The notes under the pieces are model-generated. The model was given only the letters and a program-made list of their open reading frames with translations, was not told the DNA's origin and did not search any database. A stretch of 64,000 nt of DNA from Desulfomonilia bacterium (lineage in GTDB: Bacteria > Desulfobacterota > Desulfomonilia > UBA1062): assembly GCA_050014195.1 (NCBI GenBank), contig JBEKDT010000010.1, forward strand, positions 64,001-128,000. The letters run 5' to 3'. Position 1 is the first letter of the stretch. Each line of letters opens with the position of its first letter. Below are positions 21,662-31,581 of the stretch, piece by piece. The position numbers and the translations under genes were made by a program.

Positions 21662-22375
21662 ATGGAATGGACAAACAGGAAAAACATGTTGCTCCGGTTC
21701 TTTTTACAGCAACGACTTCATGAATATGGCAGGCAAGATAGGGAGTACAACAAGTATTCCTGGAAAAAATATACTGCCTGCCTTCTCATGATCACAAACT
21801 TAAGCCTCAAGGATATCGCCCGATATACCGGGGTTTCTTATGGCCTTTTAAGAAAGTGGAGAACAGAAACATTATTTAAGCAAATGATGAATAAAAACAA
21901 AGAAGAGTATCTTAACTTCTTTGATATGTTCATAACAGAGATGTTAAAGACTCCTTATCAGAGAGAGGATGTCATCTTATCTAACTGGAAAGAACTGAAG
22001 AGTTCACCTACACAAGATCCTGAAGTGTTTGGTATGGCAAAATTAGTGTTGAATGAACTGAATAATCAAAAAAGTTATGCAGTCCATAATACTCTAAAAA
22101 AATCTATGTTGAATCTGTTTCTGAAAAGATACAAAGATAATGAATATGTTGTGACGTTCTTCCGATACCCCATAATTGCTGATTTGATTACTGCAGAAAC
22201 TGTAAAAGAGGGTGACTGTGCATTGGTACCAGTTCTCCAGATGTATGTAGACTGGTGCCTTAATCGTATACCCGACGGGTTTGATGGATATTCTGAAAAA
22301 AAGGTGCTTTCATTCACCTTTATTAAAATGAAAGAGTATTTAGATATAGTAAGAAAAGAATCATATCCAAGTTAA
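21662..22375 (+). CDS. Hypothetical protein with N-terminal helix-turn-helix
   Basis: LSLKDIARYTGVSYGLLRKWR HTH pattern; AT-rich. Confidence 0.6.
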   Translation: MEWTNRKNMLLRFFLQQRLHEYGRQDREYNKYSWKKYTACLLMITNLSLKDIARYTGVSYGLLRKWRTETLFKQMMNKNKEEYLNFFDMFITEMLKTPYQREDVILSNWKELKSSPTQDPEVFGMAKLVLNELNNQKSYAVHNTLKKSMLNLFLKRYKDNEYVVTFFRYPIIADLITAETVKEGDCALVPVLQMYVDWCLNRIPDGFDGYSEKKVLSFTFIKMKEYLDIVRKESYPS

Positions 22376-22499
22376 TTAAATAAAATCTAACATGGTTTTC
22401 AGAAGAATATATATGAAATCGTTTCACCTGAAAAAGCTCGGCAAATGATTTCTATTAACTTGTCCCTGCCTGATCATTCATGTAAATATCCAAGCTACC

Positions 22500-24263
22500 A
22501 TGTGTCAGATCAAAATCTTATCCCAGGATCTCATCAACCAAATCGCTGCCGGGGAAGTCATCGAGCGGCCGGCATCGGTGGTAAAGGAACTCCTCGAGAA
22601 TGCCATAGATGCCGGGGCAGAAAGCATTTCCGTGGAAATGGAGGGCAACGGCCTGGGGCTTATCCGGGTATCCGATGATGGGGCCGGGATGGGCGAGGAG
22701 GAGCTGGAGCTTGCCATCCGGCGCCACGCCACGAGCAAGATCAGCACCGTGGATGACCTGTTTGCCATTCACACACTTGGTTTCCGTGGAGAGGCCTTGC
22801 CCAGCATTCTATCCGTGAGCAGGGCTGTGATATCCACCAGGCAGGCGGCATCACCCTATGGATATTCCGTAGATCTGGAAGCAGGTTCGATTTCAAGGCG
22901 CACCAAAAAGGGGATACCTCCCGGGACCATCGTTGAGGTGGCCGACCTGTTCTTCAACACCCCTGCACGCAGAAAGTTCCTTAAGACAGCTGCCACTGAG
23001 CAGAGGAATGTCATCGACGTGGTCTCCCGCTATGCCATGGCCTACCCGCACATACGCTTCGCACTTGAGGCCAATGGCAGGTCTATGCTGAACTTTCCGG
23101 CTTGTTCCAATCTGATTGACCGGGTATCAACCGTGCTCGGCACTAAGCAGACCGGCAATATCGTCCCGTTCAGGAGAGAGTTGCCGGGTATAACGGTTCA
23201 TGGGCTCATATCCTCACCAAGCGAGACGAGACAGAACAGGTCGGGTATTTATGCGTATGTGAACAATCGGTCCGTCAAAGATGTGCTGCTGGGTTCTGCA
23301 GTCATGGAAGGGTACAGCGGTCTGCTCATGAAGGGAAGATTCCCGGTGGCAGTACTCTTTGTGGATGTGGATCCTTCTGAGGTGGATGTAAACGTGCACC
23401 CGGCAAAGGCCGAGGTGAGGTTCAGGCATGCCTCTGCTACGTTCGGCATAGTGGCGAAGACCATCAAAGAGATGCTGGTGCCGGGGAGGAAGGTCGGGGC
23501 GGATTATCCCGGAATTGCCATGCCGTCCTCGGCCCCCCGCGATGACGGATCAGGATACACATCTCTTGAGGTCCGTGAAGGTATGTCGGTAGTGTACGGC
23601 CCCAAGGCCATGGCCCGGATGCAGGCCGGCAGGCTCTTTGACGAAACAGATCAACCCGATCAGGCCGGATTCTCCTATTCAGATAAGACCGTCATCGGCA
23701 TGCTCCATGCCACCTATGTCCTTCTGCAGGATGACTCAGCGCTCTACCTCTTGGACCAGCATGCAGCACATGAAAGGATTACTTTTGAGCGGCTCATGGC
23801 ACTGCACACTGCAGGTCCTTTAAACACCCAGCTTCTTCTAACCCCCCTCATCCTGGAACTGAGTTCGGCTGAATTCAATGCCTTTGAGGAGGCATTTGAG
23901 CAGATCATGGCCATCGGCATCGACTGCGAGCCATTCGGCGGCACAACAATAGCCATCAGGGCAGTGCCGCAACCTCTCAGTGAGGCTGACATCAAAGGCG
24001 CGGTATTCGGACTGATCCATGCGCTCATGGAAGGAGAACTCCACACCGACAAGGCATACAGCAACCGCTTCAGTTCAATGATCGCTACTGTTGCCTGTCA
24101 TGCGAGTGTTCGTGCAGGTAAGACCCTTACCGCTCCGGAAGCCGTGAACCTTCTGAAGGAACTCGACGAGGTAGGATCACCCATTACATGCCCGCACGGC
24201 AGACCCTTGTTCAGAAAAATCACCCTGGAGGAGATTGAGCGGTGCCTCGGCAGGAGGGCTTGA
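22500..24263 (+). CDS. mutL: DNA mismatch repair endonuclease MutL
   Basis: NQIAAGEVIERP, GFRGEAL, DQHAAHERITFE, ACH, CPHGRP. Confidence 0.98.
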   Translation: MCQIKILSQDLINQIAAGEVIERPASVVKELLENAIDAGAESISVEMEGNGLGLIRVSDDGAGMGEEELELAIRRHATSKISTVDDLFAIHTLGFRGEALPSILSVSRAVISTRQAASPYGYSVDLEAGSISRRTKKGIPPGTIVEVADLFFNTPARRKFLKTAATEQRNVIDVVSRYAMAYPHIRFALEANGRSMLNFPACSNLIDRVSTVLGTKQTGNIVPFRRELPGITVHGLISSPSETRQNRSGIYAYVNNRSVKDVLLGSAVMEGYSGLLMKGRFPVAVLFVDVDPSEVDVNVHPAKAEVRFRHASATFGIVAKTIKEMLVPGRKVGADYPGIAMPSSAPRDDGSGYTSLEVREGMSVVYGPKAMARMQAGRLFDETDQPDQAGFSYSDKTVIGMLHATYVLLQDDSALYLLDQHAAHERITFERLMALHTAGPLNTQLLLTPLILELSSAEFNAFEEAFEQIMAIGIDCEPFGGTTIAIRAVPQPLSEADIKGAVFGLIHALMEGELHTDKAYSNRFSSMIATVACHASVRAGKTLTAPEAVNLLKELDEVGSPITCPHGRPLFRKITLEEIERCLGRRA

Positions 24264-25171
24264 TCGTCATCACCGGCCCCACAGGCTCGGGCAAGACAGG
24301 TCTTGTGTTTGAACTTTCCCGACATCACCCCATCGAAGTGATCTCTGCCGATTCCATGCAGGTCTATTGTTACATGGACATCGCAACAGCCAAGCCCAGC
24401 CCGGAACAGCTCTCCGCCCTTCCCCACCACCTCATTGACATTGTCCGCCCCGACCAGGAGTTCCAGGCAGCGATGTTTGTCAAGATGGCCCATGACAAGA
24501 TTACCGAGGTGATGACCAGGGGGAAGATTCCGGTTATCGTTGGGGGTACCGGTCTCTACATCAAGGCCCTTATTTATGGCCTCGCGCCCGCTCCTGCCCG
24601 AGAAGAGCGGATCAGGAAGGTCTTAAGATCCATCATCGAAAAAAGAGGTATTGCATACCTTGTATCCATGCTGGAAAAGCTGGATCCTTTTGCGGCCTCT
24701 GTAATCAAGAAAAATGATGCGATACGCCTCATCCGAACTCTGGAGATCATCTTCCTGACCGGGCATAAAGCGAGCAACATCTATGCAAAACATGGATTTT
24801 TAAAACCACTGTTCGATGCAAGGATTGCCTGCATCATGCCCGAGCGTGACCAGCTCTTTAGAAACATCGACCAAAGGACTGTTAAGATGATTGATGAAGG
24901 CCTGCTTGATGAGACCAGAAGGCTTCTCGATATGGGTTACGGCACAGAGCTTCACTCCATGCAGACATTAGCATACAAGCATGCTGTTAGGCACATGAAT
25001 GGGGAGATAGATCTTGATGAGACCCTGCGTTTCATACAGCGTGACACAAGGCGATACGCCAAACGCCAGATAACGTGGATGAAGGCCAGGCCTGATCATA
25101 TCTTTCTCGATTCTTTGGATAAAGCATATGAAGCGGCATCTGTATGGCTGGATGAACAGGATAGGGCATGA
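24242..25171 (+). CDS. miaA: tRNA dimethylallyltransferase
   Basis: GPTGSGKT, ISADSMQVY, VGGTGLY, YAKRQITW; follows mutL. Confidence 0.97.
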   Translation: MPRQEGLIVITGPTGSGKTGLVFELSRHHPIEVISADSMQVYCYMDIATAKPSPEQLSALPHHLIDIVRPDQEFQAAMFVKMAHDKITEVMTRGKIPVIVGGTGLYIKALIYGLAPAPAREERIRKVLRSIIEKRGIAYLVSMLEKLDPFAASVIKKNDAIRLIRTLEIIFLTGHKASNIYAKHGFLKPLFDARIACIMPERDQLFRNIDQRTVKMIDEGLLDETRRLLDMGYGTELHSMQTLAYKHAVRHMNGEIDLDETLRFIQRDTRRYAKRQITWMKARPDHIFLDSLDKAYEAASVWLDEQDRA

Positions 25172-25301
25172 TGGTGTTCTAGGTATAGGTTTCTTTTGTA
25201 TCAACATATCCGATACCTCCACGGAAGAGAACATCTTCCACAAGGAAGCCAAAGCTGAAAGCTTGTAGCCTATTTGAATAAGCTTATGCTAAACAAGCCG
25301 T

Positions 25302-26069
25302 GTGTCACATACATCTAAAAGATTTTTAGAAAGGCGGCTGAGGAAGAAAGTAGGCCAAGCCATATACGACTACCGTATGATCGAGCACGGCAACAGGGTG
25401 CTTGTTGCCATCTCCGGCGGCATAGATTCCATTGTGATGATGAAGATCCTTGCAGCCCTGAAGGAGGCTGCACCGGTGGAGTGTGAGCTCATCCCAGTCC
25501 ACGTGAGGACAGGCTTTGAAAAGGATTTCGAACGGGTAGCGTACTGGATTGAAGACAACCTGGGTTATAAAGTCCTGATTCACGACAGTGAAATCTCCCA
25601 GATCATGGACATTGCGGCGGATCCTGAAAAGAGCGCCTGTGCCTTATGCTCAAGACTCAGACGCGGCATACTCTACAGCCTGGCCCAAGAGATGGGAGCC
25701 GCTTCCATAGCCCTAGGACATCACATGGATGACATTATCGAAACATTTTTTCTGCGCTGTTTTTATACGGGTCAGATCGGGGCAATGGCACCTGCACGGT
25801 ATTCGGACGACGGAAAGAACCGTATCATCAGGCCGCTCGCATACTGCCCCGCAGAGCTCATCAAGTCCTATTTCCTGCACCTGGATATCGCGCCTGTGAC
25901 TGTTGCATGCCCAATCAGATCCGACAGTAAGCGTGGCCTCATCCGGGACTATATAAAAAGGATTGAAAATGATATACCATACGTTAAATATTCAGTATTT
26001 GCATCATTGGGGAACATCGACATGAAGAGTTTGTGTGAGAAGGATAATACTCATGCGGATCGAGATTGA
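25302..26069 (+). CDS. ttcA: tRNA 2-thiocytidine synthetase TtcA family
   Basis: SGGIDS PP-loop, CALCSRLRRG, GHHMDD, IIRPL. Confidence 0.85.
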   Translation: MSHTSKRFLERRLRKKVGQAIYDYRMIEHGNRVLVAISGGIDSIVMMKILAALKEAAPVECELIPVHVRTGFEKDFERVAYWIEDNLGYKVLIHDSEISQIMDIAADPEKSACALCSRLRRGILYSLAQEMGAASIALGHHMDDIIETFFLRCFYTGQIGAMAPARYSDDGKNRIIRPLAYCPAELIKSYFLHLDIAPVTVACPIRSDSKRGLIRDYIKRIENDIPYVKYSVFASLGNIDMKSLCEKDNTHADRD

Positions 26070-26667
26070 TCCGTTCAGACCAAGACCAAGGGCTGTGTCC
26101 CAGGTGGCGGATATCTTGAAGGATGGCGGTATCATTGTGTACCCCACAGATACGGTCTATGGCCTAGGCTGCATGATCACCAATAAACAGGGTATAGAAA
26201 AGATCAATCTTATCAAGACCTCCAAGAAGCCCAAGAGCATCATGCTCTCGGATATCAAGGAGATCAGCCTTTATGCCAAAGTGAGCAACGAGGCCTTCCG
26301 GCTCATGCGGTTGCTGCTGCCCGGCCCATACACATTTATCCTGCCTGCCACACGGCTTGTGCCGAGGCTCTTACAAAGGGGCAGAAAGGCCGTCGGTGTC
26401 AGGATACCTGACCACTGGTTCTGCAAGGCCATTGTCGAGACGGTTGGTGAGCCCATCATAACCACGAGTATCCCGCTTTCTGATGAGCAGATTCATGTCG
26501 ACCCATTGGAGATCGAGTCGCAATTTGGCCATATGGTCGACATAATTGTGGACAGCGGGATCCTGCCCGATATACCCTCCACGATACTCTCGCTTGAAAC
26601 CGACACCCTGGAGATCATCAGGCGTGGACTCGGCACCACTGATATGTTCGAACCCCAGGAGAGGTAG
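26053..26667 (+). CDS. Sua5/YciO/YrdC family threonylcarbamoyl-AMP synthase-like
   Basis: YPTDTVYGLGC, LPGPYTFIL, VGVRIPD, PSTILSL. Confidence 0.9.
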   Translation: MRIEIDPFRPRPRAVSQVADILKDGGIIVYPTDTVYGLGCMITNKQGIEKINLIKTSKKPKSIMLSDIKEISLYAKVSNEAFRLMRLLLPGPYTFILPATRLVPRLLQRGRKAVGVRIPDHWFCKAIVETVGEPIITTSIPLSDEQIHVDPLEIESQFGHMVDIIVDSGILPDIPSTILSLETDTLEIIRRGLGTTDMFEPQER

Positions 26668-26673
26668 CCAATC

Positions 26674-28137
26674 GTGAAGAAGATGCTGATCAATGCCATA
26701 CACCCGGAAGAGATCAGGGTGGCTGTTGTAGATGAGGGCTTGCTCAAGGAGTTCTATATGGAGAGCGCCTTGAAGGAGCAGCTCAGGGGAAACATCTACA
26801 AGGGAAGGATCTCCAAGATCGAGCACAGCCTTAACGCGGTATTCGTGGATTACGGGCGCGAGAAGCACGGCCTGCTCTCAGTCGGGGACATCAACCCTTC
26901 CCTGATCCCTGATCTGAAGATCGAAAGGAATGTCATGTCATCGCTGCGTAATGGCATGGAAATACTTATCCAGGTGATACGCGAGGAAAAGGGTGCCAAG
27001 GGCGCTCTTCTCACCATGAATATATCCTTGCCCGGACGCTTCCTCGTGCTCCTGCCCCACCAGGGCCTGGCAGGGATCTCCAGAAAGATAGAAGACGAGA
27101 AACAGCGCAAGCGCCTCCGTGAGATCATAGAGCAGCTCAAGCCGCCTGAGAACATGGGCATCATTGTAAGGACAGCCGGTATGGACAAGACCAAGGCAGA
27201 GCTCTCCCGTGACATGACTTACCTTCAGCGGCTATGGAAGAGTATTGAGGAGCAATTCGGCAAGTCATCCTGCCCTAGTACTATCTACAAGGAAGGCGAT
27301 ATCATTATCCGTACCATACGGGACTACCTCACGACGGACACGACCGAGATCCTTATTGACGATGATGAAACCCTTAAGCGTTCAACGCTCTTCATGAAGA
27401 CCGTCATGCCCAGGCAGAAGAGGATAATCAAGCCCTACAAACAGAACAAGCCGCTCTTTACCAAATATGAGCTCGAACAGCAGATCGAGAACATCTTCAA
27501 CAAAAAGGTCAAGCTGAAGTCCGGCGGCACCATTATCATCGAACCTACCGAGGCAATGGTGGTCATCGACGTGAACTCGGGCCAGTCCACGAACAGCAAA
27601 TCCATTGAAGAGACCGCCTTTGAGACAAACAGAGAAGCTGCTTCAGAGATCGCCCGCCAGCTTATCCTGAGAGACTTGGGGGGGCTTGTTGTCATTGACT
27701 TTATCGACATGCGCTCCAAAGAAAACAACCGCGGCGTGGAGAAGGCCTTGCGTGATGCGCTGAAGAACGATCGGGCCCACTTGGTCATCGGCAAGATCTC
27801 CAAGTTCGGTATCCTGGAGCTCTCACGAGAGAGGCTATCACCGCCCCTGCTGGAAAAGAGTCATGTGAAATGCCCTGGCTGTGAAGGGGTCGGGCTTGTA
27901 AGATCGGTGGAATCTTCAACCTTCAAGGCCCTTAGGGAGATCCAGTTGTATCTCTCCAGGAACAAGGCGGCAAAGGTCATGGTGATGATGCCAAAGGAAG
28001 TTGGTTTGTACATACTCAATCAGCAGAAAAAGCACCTCATACGCCTCGAACAGGAATTCACTTCCGAGATCCTTGTGGTGATGAGCGACGCCCTTAAGAT
28101 CGGCCAAATCCAGATTGAACCTGTTGTATCCCCATGA
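26674..28137 (+). CDS. Rne/Rng family ribonuclease (RNase G-length)
   Basis: GNIYKG S1 domain, IDVNSG, DLGGLVVIDFIDM, CPGCEG zinc link. Confidence 0.95.
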   Translation: MKKMLINAIHPEEIRVAVVDEGLLKEFYMESALKEQLRGNIYKGRISKIEHSLNAVFVDYGREKHGLLSVGDINPSLIPDLKIERNVMSSLRNGMEILIQVIREEKGAKGALLTMNISLPGRFLVLLPHQGLAGISRKIEDEKQRKRLREIIEQLKPPENMGIIVRTAGMDKTKAELSRDMTYLQRLWKSIEEQFGKSSCPSTIYKEGDIIIRTIRDYLTTDTTEILIDDDETLKRSTLFMKTVMPRQKRIIKPYKQNKPLFTKYELEQQIENIFNKKVKLKSGGTIIIEPTEAMVVIDVNSGQSTNSKSIEETAFETNREAASEIARQLILRDLGGLVVIDFIDMRSKENNRGVEKALRDALKNDRAHLVIGKISKFGILELSRERLSPPLLEKSHVKCPGCEGVGLVRSVESSTFKALREIQLYLSRNKAAKVMVMMPKEVGLYILNQQKKHLIRLEQEFTSEILVVMSDALKIGQIQIEPVVSP

Positions 28138-28201
28138 AAGAAGGTCCGCCCCTTTGATGTTAAGCCTTTATTTATCAAAGGTATAATGTCTCTTCTTGTC
28201 T

Positions 28202-29194
28202 CTATGAAAACACATTCACCATGAATGCCGCGTAAAGCAGCCCGCCCACGAGAAGCACAAAGGGATTGATTTTATTAAAGATCGTAACCCACATAAGGAT
28301 AAACAGTGATGAGGCAAAGGCAAGCTCAGCCGAGAGCATTGTTTTACCGGTGAGGTTCCACGGGGTGAAAATAATGCCGAAGACCACTGGGAAGCAACTC
28401 TGGAAGACCATGGCTCCGGTGATATTCCCGAGTGCGAGTGTATCTTTCTGTTTACCGATCCAGATGACGGAGTTCATCTTCTCGGGCAGTTCTGTAGCAA
28501 TGGGCGTGATAATGATGGAAAGGATGAGTGGGGCCACACCGAGGGCAAGCGAAAGTTCCTCCACATATTTGATAAACAAATGGGAGCCCCAGATGATAAG
28601 TGCCAGACCCAGCAGGAGCTGCACCGAGATCCAGACAAGGTTTTCCGGGAGCCTGAGAAATCGCCTGAGGTAAAGCTCCTCTACCGTCTCATTGAGTCCC
28701 GCGTCCGAAGAGATGGTAACCTTGAGATAGAATAGATAGGAAAGCATCAGAACAACAGCTATGACAATACGTATGATTTGGTGGTGTATAAAGGTAGTGA
28801 GCACTGCCATGCCGTAGATGATAACGAAAAAGATCAGATCCTTGCGGATCAGAGAGGGGTCGGCATTCATGGTAATGGGCCGCTTTCCAAGGGCTGAATA
28901 AACAAGTACGGCAGACCCCGTGACAAAGAAGGCCAGCGTACCGAGCATAAATGGTGCGCCTGCTATTGCGCCGATCCCGATCTGATGTGAGTCCGGCGTA
29001 TTGGTAACGATGATGGCCATGATGGGGATGATGGTCTCGGGTAGGGCTGTGCCCACGGCTGCCAGGATACTTCCGACAATTCCCTGGTGGAGGTTGAGCT
29101 TCTCCCCTGCCTGTTCCACGGCATTGACGAATATGTAGCAAGACAACAAGATCAGCCCGAGACTTACTGCAGTCATAAAGATGCTGATTGTCAT
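28202..29194 (-). CDS. Sodium:calcium antiporter family
   Basis: Alpha repeats GTALPE and ATELPE. Confidence 0.88.
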   Translation of the reverse strand: MTISIFMTAVSLGLILLSCYIFVNAVEQAGEKLNLHQGIVGSILAAVGTALPETIIPIMAIIVTNTPDSHQIGIGAIAGAPFMLGTLAFFVTGSAVLVYSALGKRPITMNADPSLIRKDLIFFVIIYGMAVLTTFIHHQIIRIVIAVVLMLSYLFYLKVTISSDAGLNETVEELYLRRFLRLPENLVWISVQLLLGLALIIWGSHLFIKYVEELSLALGVAPLILSIIITPIATELPEKMNSVIWIGKQKDTLALGNITGAMVFQSCFPVVFGIIFTPWNLTGKTMLSAELAFASSLFILMWVTIFNKINPFVLLVGGLLYAAFMVNVFS

Positions 29195-29209
29195 GTATGA
29201 TTTTCTCCT

Positions 29210-30805
29210 TTAAAGGGCTAAAAGGTGTGCAGCCTTTTCATTGTCATCTCCCCTTAGTGCCCTGACAATCTCTCCATAGAGCTTTCCTGCATCCTCTCCC
29301 AGACCGCTCTTATCAAGGATCTTCCCATTCTTGTAGTCATACTCATAAAGCCCCAGACGCGGCTCATATGAGCCCCACTCGTAGTTGTCAGTCAAAGACC
29401 AGTAGCAGTATGCCTTCACCGGAATTCCCTCACCTATGGCCTGCATAACCTCCCGGATGCTCCATTGCAGGTATGGCCCCCTGCCCTGTCCGTCAACCCG
29501 TGGAATAGCTTTTCCCCCTTTTTTCTGGCAATGAGCAATAGTAGTCTCCAGTATATGGATGGGCAGTCCGAAGCTATTGTCATGGTGTGCCCTGAGGATT
29601 GTTCGGAAGTGTTCAGGATCGTGCCGCCATGCCCACCATTGAGGGCGGAACATGGGCTCGTTCGTGCCCAGTTTGGGGATTCGTATATAGGGAGAGCCGA
29701 TCACAAACGGGTCGTAGATGTCTAAGCCAATGGCATCGATTTTCTCTTTTCTGGTGGATGCATAAAGCACCTCAATAGTCCTTTTCATGGAGAGAGGATC
29801 GAAGAGCAATGAACAGAAAAAGCGATAGTTCATGAAATACAATCTCTGCCAAGAATACCTGCCCCAACGAAAGCAGGACAGGTCATCGAATCTTCGATTC
29901 CATGTGTTCCGGTGCATTGCCAGATAGTCCTTCAACACCCTTTTTTCAACCAGATTTGATGTGGCTCTGACAAGATCGAAGAAGGCCCGGTCAAATTCAT
30001 AGATTGCTGTACAGAAGGTGTTGAAGGTGACGGTCGGTCTTTGCCAACCTTGTTCTTCATAGAGATCGTGGATCTTGTCGTAGAGCAGGACATGGGTCAT
30101 GAGCATTGTGTCCATGGCTTTTCTCGCAGCACCGAATCCCCTTGTTTCATGGGGATGCTCTCCTACCATGTAGGTGAGAAGTGGCAGTATATTGGGCTCA
30201 TTCAGGGTGATCAGATGTGTGAGCGGCTTTTTGCCTGCTTTTAAGAGATGTTCATTGATCCTGCGAACAAGGCTGCTTGCATATTCTACAAACACACAGG
30301 CCATGCCTTCCTCAAGCCACAGGTCCGTTCCGCACCAGGCTGGATGCGTGAAGTGATGGAGCGTTACGATAGGTGTCATACCGGCATCCATGATTTTAGA
30401 GATAATGGATGCATAGTTTTCAATGGCGGTTTCGTTGATAGCCGGTAGTGGGCTCACCCGCTGGTGGAGAGATGGTTGAACCCGAGCCCATTCAATGCTC
30501 ATGCGGAATGCGTTAAGGCCGAGTGACTTGGCGAGAGCGATGTGTTCATCATGCCTGTCCCAGAAACGGCATGCATCACCGGTCGGCTCAACCTTTCCCG
30601 TGAGTTCCCATTGGGCAAAATTATTATGCGGGCAGTCGGGACTGTTATACCCACCCTCTGTTTGATAGCCCGAATTGGCAACACCAAAGAGGAAGTCTCT
30701 TGGAAGCTTTACCTTTGAGAATTGATTGTTGCAGGTACTATAAGCTTTTTTCTCACGAGGCTTTTCCACCAGGCATCTCCGCCTCAACGTGAAACAGGAC
30801 TCCAA
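29210..30805 (-). CDS. Family 1 glycoside hydrolase
   Basis: FLFGVANSGYQTEG, RMSIEWARV, TLHHF, TLNEP, YWSLTDNYEW; start uncertain. Confidence 0.85.
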   Translation of the reverse strand: MESCFTLRRRCLVEKPREKKAYSTCNNQFSKVKLPRDFLFGVANSGYQTEGGYNSPDCPHNNFAQWELTGKVEPTGDACRFWDRHDEHIALAKSLGLNAFRMSIEWARVQPSLHQRVSPLPAINETAIENYASIISKIMDAGMTPIVTLHHFTHPAWCGTDLWLEEGMACVFVEYASSLVRRINEHLLKAGKKPLTHLITLNEPNILPLLTYMVGEHPHETRGFGAARKAMDTMLMTHVLLYDKIHDLYEEQGWQRPTVTFNTFCTAIYEFDRAFFDLVRATSNLVEKRVLKDYLAMHRNTWNRRFDDLSCFRWGRYSWQRLYFMNYRFFCSLLFDPLSMKRTIEVLYASTRKEKIDAIGLDIYDPFVIGSPYIRIPKLGTNEPMFRPQWWAWRHDPEHFRTILRAHHDNSFGLPIHILETTIAHCQKKGGKAIPRVDGQGRGPYLQWSIREVMQAIGEGIPVKAYCYWSLTDNYEWGSYEPRLGLYEYDYKNGKILDKSGLGEDAGKLYGEIVRALRGDDNEKAAHLLAL

Positions 30806-30847
30806 GATAAATCATCACACATCCATGGTCATTTACCAGTGTACACC

Positions 30848-31567
30848 CTATAAAACTTTATCCTTTTTCTCCTTTTTCCCCTGTGCCTCGATTACCTCAT
30901 AGTTTCTTAAACTCATAACCATATCAATTATTGAACCAGGGAGGCTGTGAACTGCCTTGCCGGTAGATAAAGCCAGGCAGTAGGTCTGTGCCACCTTTTC
31001 CAAAAGCTCTGCATTGAGGAGCGCCTTATCGAGATTTTTACCAAGCGCTAGAATACCATGGTTCTGGATGATGTATGCATTGGCATTGTTTGATAGCTTA
31101 CCTTCGACATTCTTAACAAGATCCGCACTCCCGGAAAGTGCATAGGGGACGACTTCTACCATGTGGCCCAAAGAAAAAGAGACCTCATCGAAAAGGGCAG
31201 GAATAGGCTCATTGATAACGGCAAAAACGCTTCCGTAGATCTGGTGTGTGTGGACAATAGCATTAACGTCCGGGCGTGTCTTATAGATGATGCTGTGCAT
31301 CCCCGATTCCACGGACGGCGCCAGATTTCCCTTCCCCTCAATAATTGAAAGGTCGAAGCCCACCACACACATATCATCAGATGAAAGATCCTTGTACTTT
31401 GCTGATGACGGGGTGATGACCATGGAGTTTTCATCATCGTTTCGCACGGAGACGTTGCCTCCGGTGCCCCTTTGAGACCCGAAGTAACCGTGCTCTAAAA
31501 GCCAGATGCTTGTCTCAAGCACATTTTTTTTATTGGTATCATACTTAGACATCGGTATTTGATGCAC
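30848..31567 (-). CDS. Class II aldolase/adducin family (fuculose-phosphate aldolase-like)
   Basis: GGNVSVR, ITPS, PSVE..MH, VHTH, QNHG. Confidence 0.9.
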   Translation of the reverse strand: MHQIPMSKYDTNKKNVLETSIWLLEHGYFGSQRGTGGNVSVRNDDENSMVITPSSAKYKDLSSDDMCVVGFDLSIIEGKGNLAPSVESGMHSIIYKTRPDVNAIVHTHQIYGSVFAVINEPIPALFDEVSFSLGHMVEVVPYALSGSADLVKNVEGKLSNNANAYIIQNHGILALGKNLDKALLNAELLEKVAQTYCLALSTGKAVHSLPGSIIDMVMSLRNYEVIEAQGKKEKKDKVL

Positions 31568-31581
31568 TCCTTTATATGTAA

